Source of the DNA: Hormiphora californensis
Lineage: Eukaryota; Animalia; Ctenophora
Reading direction: 5' to 3'
NCBI GenBank assembly: GCA_020137815.1
Contig: CM035352.1
Coordinates: 9,052,001-9,116,000, forward strand
DNA: 64,000 nucleotides
Part shown: positions 25,411-36,585 of the stretch, one piece after another
How positions within the stretch are numbered: the stretch's first letter is position 1
How the letters are laid out: every line of letters begins with the position of its first letter
Notes under the pieces: model-generated
What the model saw: only the letters and a program-made list of their open reading frames with translations
What the model was told of the DNA's origin: nothing
Database searches by the model: none
Translations under genes and position numbers: made by a program

Positions 25411-28400
25411 TTAAAGACTGATGTCGAAAACCAAATAAGGTCTTTCAGAGAAGGTAACAGTAGCATCGAACAGGTAGGTCTTCAGGCGAATACGGAAGGA
25501 GTCCTCTGAAGGTGCGTCTCTGAGGTTCTCCGGTAGGTTGTTCCAGACATGGGGGAGATATTGGGATATTCTCCTTTTTCCCAGTTTGCTCACTTTCACA
25601 TTACCAGAAAGTAGCTTTAACTTGTAATGGTCTACTTTACAGCTCTGACGAGTAGACTTTTGCACTGCAGTATTTTCATCATGTTCCACTAGATCCTGAA
25701 GGTACTGAGGGGCACTTCCATAATAGATCTTGTACCCTAGTAAACAGATTTTGAAAAATATCCTCTTCTCAATCGTAAGGATATGGGAATCACGGTAGAA
25801 GGGGTCCAGATCAACTTTCCTCTCTCTGACTCCATGGATGTATCTTATTACTTGATTCATTAGTCCTTTCAGCGGCTTGATGGTAGAGGCCGGTAGGTTG
25901 AAATACAGGGCATTGCAATAGTCCACTTTGGATATGACCAGCTGGGAAGCAAGCATCAGACGTAGAGGTTTATCAATGAATCGGCGGATCTGCCAGAGGT
26001 TCCTCATAGTAACTCCAGCATTCCTCTTGACCATGGAGATTTGACGTTTCATATCCATTTGTTCATCAAGATAGACACCAAGGGTCTTTCCCGATTTTCC
26101 AGCCATGTCCATGGGGGAAATGATGTTCCCATTTAGCTCAAGAGTCAGGTCACTCTCCTCACGTACAATATCCATCTTCTTCTTCTTTCCCAGGATAAGA
26201 AACTCAGTTTTATCCTCATTAACCATCAGTCTGTTTTCAATCATCCACGTTCTTACCTCCTCCAAACATTTCTCAATAGTCTCCTTTGAACCTGTCCAGC
26301 CTTCCACAGGGCAGAATCCTATGTATATAGTGCTATCGTCTGCATAAAGTCGTATTGTGAGTCCATACTTCTTTACAATAGGTTCTAGTGGTTCCACATA
26401 CAGGGCAAAGAGGACAGGACCAAGGAGAGAGCCTTGGGGTACTCCATATTTGAGAAAGAGCCTAGGTGAGAGGGCATCTCCAATTTTAACTTTATAGCTC
26501 CTGTCATTGAGATAGCTAGTGAACCATTCGAGTACCGTTGATCCAATTCCAAACCGCTTCTCCAGTCTCCTCAAAAGCTGAGGGTGGTCAATGGTATCAA
26601 ATGCAGCCGAAAGATCAATTTGAACGACTGCCACAACATTTCCTCTGTCCATTTCCCCAAGGACATCATCAACGACTCGCACCATATGTGTCTCACAACT
26701 GTGGTTGGGGCGAAAACCAGATTGGCATTCACCTCGCAGGTCGTTTTTCTCCAAATGTTCATTTAGCTGTACATTAACAGCTTTCTCCGCTAGCTTGGAC
26801 AGAACACTGAGATTCGAGACTGGTCTGTAGTTCGCAAGAGAGTCCACATCTCCAGATGTATTCTTGATTGTGGGCCTCACAATAGCCTCTTTCAGTCCTG
26901 ACGGGAATACACCACTCTGCAAAGAAGTGTTCACGATTTTGGTAAGCACTGGTAGTAGAGTAGGGAGAAGCTGCTTCAGCAGAGAGGTCGGGATAGGGTC
27001 CAGGTCACAGAACTTATCCGGCAGGCTCTTAACAAGGCTTGCCACTTCATCTTCAGTCATAAGACTGAACGTCTCAAATCTTTCTGTCTCTCCTTCAAAA
27101 GCACCGGACTCCGTTGATTTCTTTTCACCCAATTCTTCAATCTTGTCACCAATCTTCTTCTGTAGTTTATCAATCTTGGACTTGAAAAACTCTCCAAACT
27201 CAGTTGCTAGTTTCTCCGGGTTGACCATATCTGGGAGGATAACATTGGAGTTACCCAATAGCTTGCTCAGTTGTTGGTTGAGCCTCTTTTGATCGCGTCC
27301 ACAGAGTTCAATATTTCTTCTGGTGTATTCTGACCGTTTTCTGACCTCCATCTTGTTGAAAGCTGACCTTAGTTCCACATACATGGCCCTTAGCTGCAGC
27401 TTCTCTTTTGTCTTGTCCTTTCTCCACTTTCTCTCAGCACGCCGCTTCTTCCTCCGGAGGGTTAGCAGCTCTTCATCCATCCATGGTGTATACTTCTCTT
27501 TCTTCCTTCTCTTCTTCATTGGACAGTGCTTATCAACCAGGGCTAGCAACGTTCCATATAACTTCTCAACAAGGCTATTAACATCCTCTTCATCAGCAGG
27601 TGAGGTAAACAGTCCACTGGCTTTTAGATCCTCATTAAAACTCTCCACATCCACCTTCGAGAAGTCCCGATACCAAATTGTCTCCGGCCGTTTCCTCTTA
27701 CTGATCCTCGCAGTCAGTTGTAGGTCCACTGTAATAAGATGGTGGTCTGAAGTAGTTCCCTCCTCCAAGATCCTAACTGGTTCAAGACAATCCGCTACTG
27801 TAGCATCCATCAGGGCTAGGTCCAGAGTACCTCCATGTCTGTGTGTTGATATCAAGGGAACCATCTGTTTGAAGTCAAACTCCTCGATCATCTCCTGTAG
27901 CTTTTTTGGATAAAATTCATCAGGCCTTTCCATGTGAAAGTTGAAGTCTCCCATGATTAATGGTGCCCCGACTTTACAGTTTAGTTCCTCAAGGTATCCC
28001 TTGAATTCATCCAGGAAGTGGCTCTGGGTATGAGGTGCCTTCTTCGAGTACGGTGGCCTATAGATGTTTACTAGCCGGTACATCTCATTAGCATTTCCAA
28101 TAGTAGTCTCTGTACACTCAAAGGTCTTGAAACACTTGGTAGGTCCAGATTTAACACCCAGGTCCGCTCTGTATACCATTGCTACTCCACCACCAATCCT
28201 CTGCTTCCTCGGTGCCGAGTGGATTTCCCATCCTCTTTCCTTTATCTCATGATGTTTAGCATTGTCACCTTTCCTCAGGTAGGTCTCTTGAAGAAGACAA
28301 ATATCAACAAGCTGGTCCTCAAGGTGTTCCAGTACACCAGCAGTCTTATTGACAAGGGAGTTGCAGTTCAAAGTTCCAACTCTTAGTGAGTTCTCCTTCT

Positions 28401-28440
28401 TTCCAAGAAGTCTCGTGCCTTCCGACTGTACTCGTTTTTT
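25411..28440 (-). CDS. LINE ORF2 (APE endonuclease + reverse transcriptase) with no ATG at its N-terminus
   Basis: LRVGTLNCNSL, LLQETYL, MGDFNFH, GGTLDL, SDHHLI, NYRPVSNL, DLSAAFDTIDH, YGVPQGSLLGP, LYADDS, ISKVDYCNALY. Confidence 0.93.
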   Translation of the reverse strand, partial: KKRVQSEGTRLLGKKENSLRVGTLNCNSLVNKTAGVLEHLEDQLVDICLLQETYLRKGDNAKHHEIKERGWEIHSAPRKQRIGGGVAMVYRADLGVKSGPTKCFKTFECTETTIGNANEMYRLVNIYRPPYSKKAPHTQSHFLDEFKGYLEELNCKVGAPLIMGDFNFHMERPDEFYPKKLQEMIEEFDFKQMVPLISTHRHGGTLDLALMDATVADCLEPVRILEEGTTSDHHLITVDLQLTARISKRKRPETIWYRDFSKVDVESFNEDLKASGLFTSPADEEDVNSLVEKLYGTLLALVDKHCPMKKRRKKEKYTPWMDEELLTLRRKKRRAERKWRKDKTKEKLQLRAMYVELRSAFNKMEVRKRSEYTRRNIELCGRDQKRLNQQLSKLLGNSNVILPDMVNPEKLATEFGEFFKSKIDKLQKKIGDKIEELGEKKSTESGAFEGETERFETFSLMTEDEVASLVKSLPDKFCDLDPIPTSLLKQLLPTLLPVLTKIVNTSLQSGVFPSGLKEAIVRPTIKNTSGDVDSLANYRPVSNLSVLSKLAEKAVNVQLNEHLEKNDLRGECQSGFRPNHSCETHMVRVVDDVLGEMDRGNVVAVVQIDLSAAFDTIDHPQLLRRLEKRFGIGSTVLEWFTSYLNDRSYKVKIGDALSPRLFLKYGVPQGSLLGPVLFALYVEPLEPIVKKYGLTIRLYADDSTIYIGFCPVEGWTGSKETIEKCLEEVRTWMIENRLMVNEDKTEFLILGKKKKMDIVREESDLTLELNGNIISPMDMAGKSGKTLGVYLDEQMDMKRQISMVKRNAGVTMRNLWQIRRFIDKPLRLMLASQLVISKVDYCNALYFNLPASTIKPLKGLMNQVIRYIHGVRERKVDLDPFYRDSHILTIEKRIFFKICLLGYKIYYGSAPQYLQDLVEHDENTAVQKSTRQSCKVDHYKLKLLSGNVKVSKLGKRRISQYLPHVWNNLPENLRDAPSEDSFRIRLKTYLFDATVTFSERPYLVFDISL

Positions 28441-29597
28441 AACATCTCAGCTCCGGCTGTTCTACTCATCAATCTCTCCTTCTCCATGATAAAGAAGGGA
28501 CACTGGAAACTGTTCGCTGTGTGGGTGGTGGCATTGAGCTGATCGATCTTGCTTCGGCTACTCTTGCAGTTTGCACAGCATCTGGAGTCAACTTTTCTAT
28601 CCTTCTTCACTTGACAATCCTTGAACCGATGATTTCCAGCACAGTAGGTACAAACTGGATCACCACTGTCTCTCCTGGGGCACATCACTGAGTCTGACTT
28701 GTGACCATAGCGTTGACACTTGAAACATTGAACGATATGGAATCGATCCTTCACAATGTGGATTTGAAAATCAAGGTTAATTCTGTCATTCCTTTTGCGA
28801 ACAATCTCCCGTATCTTTTTTGACATCTGCACAACTGCATATCGATCCTCCTTATGAAGAAAGATGACTTTCAGTTCCTCTTGGTGACTTTCAACCTGCT
28901 CTTTGATTTCCTCATTTTTCCTCAGTATTTCACTGTACACTTCCTCGGCAGTGGTAATTTCTCCAGCAATGTCTGAGATTGTAACTTTTGGATTGAGCTT
29001 CTTGGTGGTCAGAGTGGCTGTTGAAGTATCAAATTCAGATTTCAGCAGTTCTTCAGCTTTGTCTCGTTGAGACTTGTCCTTGAAAACTAGATTGGTATCC
29101 TCTTCATTCGAGCTGGTTCCATCAACTGGGATTGACTGCAGAGTCTTTCGTACCTTCGCCTTTACAACTTTCCACTTTTCCAGTCCAACTTTCTCAAGTT
29201 TGAGGGTGTGCTTCTGTGGTGTCTTCTTAGGGCTGGGGTTGAGCAACTTTCCAGTATCATCAGTCTTCTCCTTGCCGTTTATCGCCTTCTGTATCATGTC
29301 TGGTATGTTTGCAAAACACTCCCGCATAGCCTCAAGCTCCTTGAGAACCTGTTCAGACCTATCCTGTCCCACTACTGCTCCTTCTTCTGACTTGGTCTTC
29401 ACAAGGTCTTCCTGCTGCTTGTCCACCATTCTCAATAGGTTAATAGCAAAATTCCATAGAATATCTTTAGTGATACCCGCTGGGGGAGCTTTTTTACCTT
29501 GCAAGATTGGGTCCATATCCACAGGTAGATTATCTTTCATAAACGTGTCCAACTCTTTCCTCGTCCATAACTTTAGCGGGATTGCCTTCAATGTCAT
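28383..29597 (-). CDS. LINE ORF1, gag-like with three C-terminal zinc knuckles
   Basis: CFKCQRYGH...C, CTYCAGNH....C, CANC...H......C. Confidence 0.9.
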   Translation of the reverse strand: MTLKAIPLKLWTRKELDTFMKDNLPVDMDPILQGKKAPPAGITKDILWNFAINLLRMVDKQQEDLVKTKSEEGAVVGQDRSEQVLKELEAMRECFANIPDMIQKAINGKEKTDDTGKLLNPSPKKTPQKHTLKLEKVGLEKWKVVKAKVRKTLQSIPVDGTSSNEEDTNLVFKDKSQRDKAEELLKSEFDTSTATLTTKKLNPKVTISDIAGEITTAEEVYSEILRKNEEIKEQVESHQEELKVIFLHKEDRYAVVQMSKKIREIVRKRNDRINLDFQIHIVKDRFHIVQCFKCQRYGHKSDSVMCPRRDSGDPVCTYCAGNHRFKDCQVKKDRKVDSRCCANCKSSRSKIDQLNATTHTANSFQCPFFIMEKERLMSRTAGAEMLKNEYSRKARDFLERRRTH

Positions 29598-29810
29598 CAC
29601 TAGCTACGATCTGCAGGATAAATTCAAGGCCTCGCCTAACGACAACTAGTGTCAATCCTCCGGGTAAGATCCGGTCTTCTCTTGTCTTAGGCCTTGTCTT
29701 TCTCACACAGAAACTGTTACCAGTCTCTGATAAACCCAGAAAAGACAAAACAAAAAAGTATAAAGAGCCGAATATATACCAAAGAACTTAGCGAATTGGA
29801 AAAACGAAAC

Positions 29811-29849
29811 CTCAAATTAATTTGTTTAAAGTAGTGTTGAAAAGTTTGA
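29811..29849 (-). other. Genomic copy of the ctenophore trans-spliced leader exon
   Basis: Minus strand TCAAACTTTTCAACACTACTTTAAACAAATTAATTTGAG matches, from memory, the pleurobrachiid SL (...ACTTTTCAACACTACTTTAAACAAATTAATTTGAG). Confidence 0.85.
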
Positions 29850-31387
29850 GCCCAGTATGACCACTATGCCAGTTGGGGAGGTCTTCCCGTTTGGTTACCC
29901 GTGCCGATTTCCCTCCCCTCCCTCTCGTGTTTTCTAAACAAGTATACGTGTGTGCAAACGTATATTTTTATATTTTAAAAGTCTTAAACTGTACGCAGCC
30001 CTTAGTTGCTCTGTCTGGAGTACTCCAGTCAGTGTGGGATGCGTGGAACTGTGTTTTGAGTGATTTTGAAAATCCATTACTGTTTGATAGTTCCAAAATA
30101 GTTCTGAAATAAAAATAAGACCACACTACTGCACCAATATCAAGCATTTCTCAAAGCTAGTCGTTGCCATGCCAATGACATCACCGCACCGCCCGCAGAT
30201 CAAGCCTCGGTTTACCGGTAAACGCGTGGTAAATAAAACGAATGATAGATCGAGGGCTATATTAACTACTACTTTCTCACCCCCGTCAAATCAAGATCAT
30301 TGGCATTTGACCCCCTGCCACCCCTTACCTTAGAGACAAGAACTATAATGAACCACGAATAAAACTCTAATGATCCCAACTCTAATGATCCCAACTTGGT
30401 AACCACACTGCATACATGGTGCGTGAACTATTCTTCTCGATCATTGCACAATACACAATGAGTAATGGGGTGGTAAAAATAACTCCTATAGTTGTGCGTG
30501 CTGGCCCAGCTATCTAGTCAAACCTTCCTTTAACCTCCCGGCAGGGTTTCATTTTATCGCCATATTCGTCCACTTTCTTTCTAGTTTCTCTTCTCTCTCT
30601 TTCTTCTTCTTCTCTCTCCCCCTTCTATATATGAATATCTCTAACTCTTTCTTCCAAGTGGTTATATTGTTCCATGGTATATATATGAGCCCCTCCCCAA
30701 CCCCCTCCCATTCATAATTCACCTTGATCGGTAGGACTTAGGAATTTTCTTCAAGTTGTGGTCGAATGCCATCCTTGATCGGTAGAACTGTTAGTTACTA
30801 GTGTCTTGGTCTATTCGTTACTAGTTGTGATCTATTAGTTAGTTACTAGTAAGAATAGAGTTCCGGCACGCGTCTAGTACTGCATGCACCTATATAGTAT
30901 ATTCCATCCATATTTCCATAAAAGTTGCAGGGGGGGGGGGGGGGGCTCGGTGCACACCCAGGGTCCTACATCTCTCTCTCTCTATCCTCTCTCTCTCGTC
31001 TCTCCCCTTTCCTCCTCTCATCTCTTCGGACAGCCGTGGTCCATCGGGGCCACCTAATACGAGCGTTGCTCACAAAGATCCGGGGTGCACCCCCCCCCTC
31101 GGTCCATCACCATGAGGAAGGTCACAGTCCACGGGGTGGGAGTCCGTGGGTCAAAAAAAGCGGTTCTCCTACTCTCGCGCACACCCCGATATACCCCAAA
31201 AGAAAACATGTCAAAAAAAACCCTTATTCCCTCTCCAACTAGAAAAAGGCTCACTCCTCAATCTTACCACTCTCAGATGTCCTCATTTCCTCATCAGCTC
31301 TCTCTCTCTTCCATTCTATCTCCTTCTTCTCTCTCACTTTGTCTCTCTATCTCACTTTTTTCTCAATTTTTCAATTTTCTCTCTCAG

Positions 31388-32315
31388 TCACAGTGGGCTG
31401 GTGCGTATCAAAATCTTTACACACACGGACTACTCAGTTTGTGTTGCAGTGAGTTGCGTGGCGATCCTGTCTTGTTCTCTAGAACAATATCCTTGTTGAC
31501 AGCTTGTTGTGTGCCAGCTATTATATAGCACTATGCCCAGGAGCCTACTATGTCTGCAAAAGCAGGTTCAGCCCCGGGCTGAGTCTGGTGGATGTCGTCT
31601 TCCACCCATCACGCAACCTGCTGCAGACTCTGTTTGTTACACAAATTGGAAGTTTCTTGAAGTTCATGTTCTGATGAGAAGGATCAGATTGCAGATTTGG
31701 AGGAGACATTTGATAACCTTACCGATGAGGTAATCTAGTGCACAACATTTTAATTATTGTGTGTACCATTTAGATTACTAATTTTGTACGTGTAAAATCT
31801 GACTAACCTCTAGTCGAAATAATCCCTAATATGAGGCCCTATATTACACAATACGACTCGAAATCTCGTACTCTAGAACCGAACCATAAAGGGGATTCCC
31901 CGTCGGGGAGGGCGGAGCATGAATCACCCAGAGCCTATGCGTCGTTCGAGAGTGCAAGACCTAGTCACTTTGCCTAAATCAGGGCCCTAATTCTTATCAG
32001 AATATCAGGCCAACTGCTACGACCAGATACCCGGAAATTACGGCCGTATACAGGGTCTATGACATATGACGTCAACCAGTAGTCATCACCTCTCGACAAT
32101 GACCATGTGCATTTCAGGACCTTGATGTCCTGCTACGTGACGCATTGTGGGTTAAACGAGCGACTCAAGATTACTCCCGGTCACTTGACGGGGATCAGGA
32201 CGGTACAGGGACCATCCTAGAGGACGAGGAAGAGGGGTCGGAAGAGTACCAAGAGACAGAATCTGAAGAGTCTGATGTTGAGGAGATACCATCAGGCTCC
32301 CTCCTGCCGAGTTGA
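31388..32315 (+). pseudogene. 3' exons of an unidentified gene or pseudogene with an acidic C-terminus
   Basis: ...DQIADLEETFDNLTDE|gt (31730) ... ag|DLDVLLRDALWVKR...EDEEEGSEEYQETESEESDVEEIP* (32118-32315) joins in frame; the upstream exon needs frameshifts. Confidence 0.4.
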
Positions 32316-32746
32316 GAGTTTTCAGAGATTCCCTTCCTTTAATTTTTGTCTGTCTGGCGTTGTCACAGACACAGTTTTGAATTCTCAAAACGGGGTCCAG
32401 TGTGTGGCGCCAGACAGGGTCGAGAGTGTTTTTTGTGCGTGGAAAGGGAATCTCTGTGTATTGTTTTAACAAAATGAAAGGGGTGAATATATTTTGACAG
32501 CAGAAAATAAATTTCCATAATACAACATTGTACAAATAAAGATTTGATAATTAAACCCGGTCCCGAAAATACTGAAAAAAAGAGCACACACATCTGAAAA
32601 TAAATAGCACTTAAAATATATCATCACGCACGATCTGACACTAATCTGTCGATTAAATCTGAAACATCTCGTTGAAAAGTTTTTATAAACATGCTTCATG
32701 CATATTGCATTATATTGCATGCAGTCACTCGTTTAATGAAAATATT

Positions 32747-33194
32747 TCATTTAACATCCTCTGCTTCATTCTCGACAGATTTCGTTTTCTTGAAACAGCA
32801 TAACCAATCAAATGCCTCCGTTATGACCAAGTTTATCAATCCTGTGAAAAGCAAGTTGCGGTGAGAAAAGGGGAAAAACACATGGAAGCCATCTTTAAAA
32901 TATCAACAAACTTCTTGAGTGGTTGGACACTAATCAACATATTGTAGGAGCAATAGGATCTCATTACCTGATGTACTGATAATTCCTCCTATAATTCCCA
33001 GTAACCGGGCTAAGAAAATTGTTAAGTTCTTCTGTTTCTTTTCCACTATAGCTGCAATCGGTGAAAACTCATACTTGATCAAGATCCCTGCAGTGCCATG
33101 ACTCCCTGACTTGTGGTCAACAGCACGTATCTGAAAACCACAGAGTTACACCACTGACATCCTATTATTTCTATCTCTCTCTCTGTCTTTCTAG

Positions 33195-33225
<31 letters not shown>

Positions 33226-33240
33226 TCTCTTCTCTGTCTC

Positions 33241-33271
<31 letters not shown>

Positions 33272-34029
33272 TTGTTTACTCAGGACTCACCTGCTCCTGC
33301 ACAGTGTACTGGTAAGTCTGCACATTCACAGTATCCGTCAGGTAGAGCGTAGGAACAATCTGTAACGTGTCACGTGATCACAATTCGGAATAGTTACAGC
33401 GTCGTGCAACAAATGCTGACAAATGTTACTTTAAGCGCGCCAGGATCATCGCGCGTCACTGAGTTGTCTAAAACTTGTCTGACTTGAAATTCGAGTCTCT
33501 AAGCAAACGTATCGTCGCGAGTTCATAACCGGAAAAAAGATAAAAAAACATTATAAACTTGAAATCAAACCCTAAGCTGATTATTCTTTACCTGAATGAA
33601 ATACTGGAAGCTGTAATCAGCAATGGGTGCAATCCTGTGCTCTCCATCTAAAGCATAGTGCATGCCACCAACCCGGTCCCCAAATGTCAGCCCATCAATT
33701 CGGTGTGAAAAGTTCCGATGAACCTCCCCAAATTGGAGGTGAGCGTGACCCATCCCAGGCAACTTGACAGATCGACCTGAAACTAAAATATGTTAAACGA
33801 TATTTCACGATATAACTGACATTTAACTTTGCATTCCAATTTAAATTTGTCACATGTCAAATTCCATTGCTTTAGTTTTAGACGTGGCGCCACTAACCCG
33901 ACAAAATATGGAAGTTTCCTTTGACCTTGCTGACAGGTATTTTCCCGTAAAGACGACATGCATCTTTCGGGGCTTCATTTCCGTTGTCTTGTCTAGGTAC
34001 AAGGTGGACACCGTAGTCACCAATCAGAT
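32747..34029 (-). CDS. ERGIC2: ER-Golgi intermediate compartment protein 2, 3' half only; exons 34029-33898, 33776-33592, 33360-33292, 33070-32968, 32841-32747
   Basis: DACRLYGKIPVSKVKGNFHI, GHAHL, NFSHRIDGLTFG, FQYFIQIVPT, GSHGTAGILIKYEFS, FLARLLGIIGGI. Confidence 0.92.
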
Positions 34030-34343
34030 CTAAAAAGGGAATGTTATTGCAAATAGAAGAAGGACTGCTGTAGTTTGTTAGTGAGTATAAAAGTGTGATA
34101 GGGTGGAGGGGAAGGGGGGGGAAAAAAATTCCCCACATCTCATGTCATCATCCGTCATCTAAGTCTGTTAGGTTGATGGATTGATGATTGTTGCTTGCTG
34201 AGGGGTCGGTAGCTGAGTGAGAACTCCCGTTGCATCATCTATTTGTGTATTTTTTTGCCGAATTTTCTCTTTGTCAGCTGCTCAAGAAGCTGCTCAAAGT
34301 CATCATTACCACTCTAACCTCTATTGCCTGGATCCTTCTGCTT

Positions 34344-34713
34344 TGTAGGACTGGTGTGACCCCCCGAGAGACTGCAAACTCTCAGTGAGAATGCCCATCT
34401 CTGTGTAGCCTGGGTAGGACTGTAAAAAACCCCAGTGTGACTAGGTCGTGTGGTCACTGCTACACTCCTACCGGACTATCCATAGTCCGTACTCCAAAAG
34501 CTCCCGTATCCTTAGGATTTGTATTTGTATGCTTGCTAGAGGCTCTAAACCATAACACGGATATTGAGGGGCGTGAATCCCTTGCCTGCACGCAAACCAA
34601 TTGTAAATAGTAAACTCACATAAATAACAGATTGCCCGAATAATCTCTCTCACTTTACACCACTCCTCTCACTCTCCCCTCACTCTCCTCTCACTCTCAT
34701 CTGACTCTCCATA

Positions 34714-34795
<82 letters not shown>

Positions 34796-35542
34796 GGCCC
34801 TATTCTACTATAATACCCAAAGCCTGCCTGACTATCCCAACAAACCCAAGCCCAATCAACAAGCACACTGAGACGGCCCGCTCAGGTAGCGGTCTACTGA
34901 CTGAGAGACCAATGCACAGTAGCGCCTGTCGGGGAAGACCCTCCGACAAATATGGAGACCATGTTAAGCCCGTCCGATGACCATGGCCTGATAGCCAAGC
35001 AACTCTCCGACTTGAGCAAGCCCCAAGCAGAAGTGAAGATTTCTTCTTCTGCTCCCGAGTTTTGTTCCCATCGAAGGAGGGGAATTACCTCCGATCACGT
35101 GCCAAATCTGACATTCCCCATTGGCCACACGTCATGCTAAATGCGAGGTTCCCCATTGGCCAATGGTCACGTGACCTAGACCTCCACGGAACCTATACGT
35201 GTCCCAATTTCATAGGTGCGCCCAATATAATGCCAACTTTAGCATCCAGTGCCCTAATGGAAGTTTCTATCAAAAATAGCCCTTTTAGTGAGAAATCTCA
35301 TCCCCCAGTGCATTGTGTGGTCCCATAATAGTTTCAGATGAGATTCTCCTCTCTTTCCAACTCTCCCACGTCTCTCTCTCCGAGCACTTTACAAACTAAA
35401 TAAATAAAATATCGACCTCCATTACCACACACAAACAACTCCGACCCATTTGTACCTAAATAATATAAAATAATAAAATATATTTGCCCCAAACAAACTG
35501 ACAAACCTAAACACACGTAACATGTAGATCTGCCGCTCTACA
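34344..35542 (-). repeat. 3' LTR
   Basis: Direct repeat of 42213-43423; preceded on the minus strand by the PPT AGGGGGGGTGGGTA (35556-35543). Confidence 0.92.
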
Positions 35543-36009
35543 TACCCACCCCCCCTAAACAAACAAGAGTGTCCTTCAGCCCAGTGTCCTTGGCGGCATT
35601 TAAACCCGGCAGCGGCGTCTTACTCGGTCCAGTAGGAATGGTAGGATGTAGGAAGGTCGTAGAAGGACTGATAGGTGCCATGATGACAGACTGAGAACCA
35701 CTCGCAAACCCGTTGCCCCCTGTCCGATGGTAGAAGTACCTGCAACCGTCTGGAACTCCCACCTCCATCCGCGTGTCTCCAACTTGTATCTATCCCTATC
35801 CCCCAATGTAATGTTTGCCCGGCTCAGGATGTCGAGCCCTTTCCTCAAATTGTGAACTCTGCTTGCCTGGTCCTCGTTCCTGACGCTTGTTTAACAAAAG
35901 CGTGTTACTTGTCCTCTGGTTAACCTCCTCCTAGAATACTCCTCCCAAGCCTCGGAGTCTGGTTGCTGCAGCTCCTCGTAGTACGTAGCCATCTCCTCCG
36001 TTAGCGTCC

Positions 36010-36585
36010 TCATTTTATAAAGTTCATCTTTAGATCTTTTGGAAACTGCACCTCGAACTCCCCGTTTCTGAAATAATTCTGAACCTCGCGGAGTCTTGTA
36101 ACTGGAGTCCCGCCCACATACACATGTGTCTCCTCCGTTTCCATTGTGTAGCCCAAATCTGCTGACCCCACATAGACCATTGTCTGAAAACTTCCCTTAT
36201 CGGTAACCTTTACACTGCCCTTGATCCACTGGTTTCGTATTTTCTCCAGTCTCCACTTGTGCCAGCTGCCCGCAATATCTCCGACATCCCCTGTCTCCTC
36301 CGACCTCCCCTGTCTTCTGCCTTTCCCGGAACCGATAGAAGTTGTGTTTATCGTAGTTTTCTGATCCTCAACACATCCCTCTCGTCCTGCAGGCCACGCT
36401 GTCTGCCCATAGCGTGCCATAACCCCGCAGCCCACCCTCCACCTCTGATCCTTTGGGTTGATGTGCCCCATTTCCAAATTCTCCGATCGTCTTGCCCGAT
36501 ACTTTTGTAGTTCTTGGAATTTACCCGACCTCCTCATTGTAGTTTCCGGAGGGCCTATTCGAAGAGGTAAATCCAAACCTGTCAT
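36010..36585 (-). CDS. Unknown ORF in the env position of the LTR element, probably part of a longer frameshifted ORF
   Basis: 191-aa ORF; coding-like sequence continues in another frame (MRTLTEEMATYYEELQQPDSEAWEEY). Confidence 0.4.
   Translation of the reverse strand: MTGLDLPLRIGPPETTMRRSGKFQELQKYRARRSENLEMGHINPKDQRWRVGCGVMARYGQTAWPAGREGCVEDQKTTINTTSIGSGKGRRQGRSEETGDVGDIAGSWHKWRLEKIRNQWIKGSVKVTDKGSFQTMVYVGSADLGYTMETEETHVYVGGTPVTRLREVQNYFRNGEFEVQFPKDLKMNFIK

Larger units (their letters stand above)
25065..29849 (-). mobile_element. Apparently full-length L2-group LINE whose 5' end is the spliced leader
   Basis: ORF1 and ORF2 uninterrupted; 3' end tataaatccatttt(GTT)n; no TSD seen; inserted antisense in the 3' UTR of the CR1 element. 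Confidence 0.9.
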
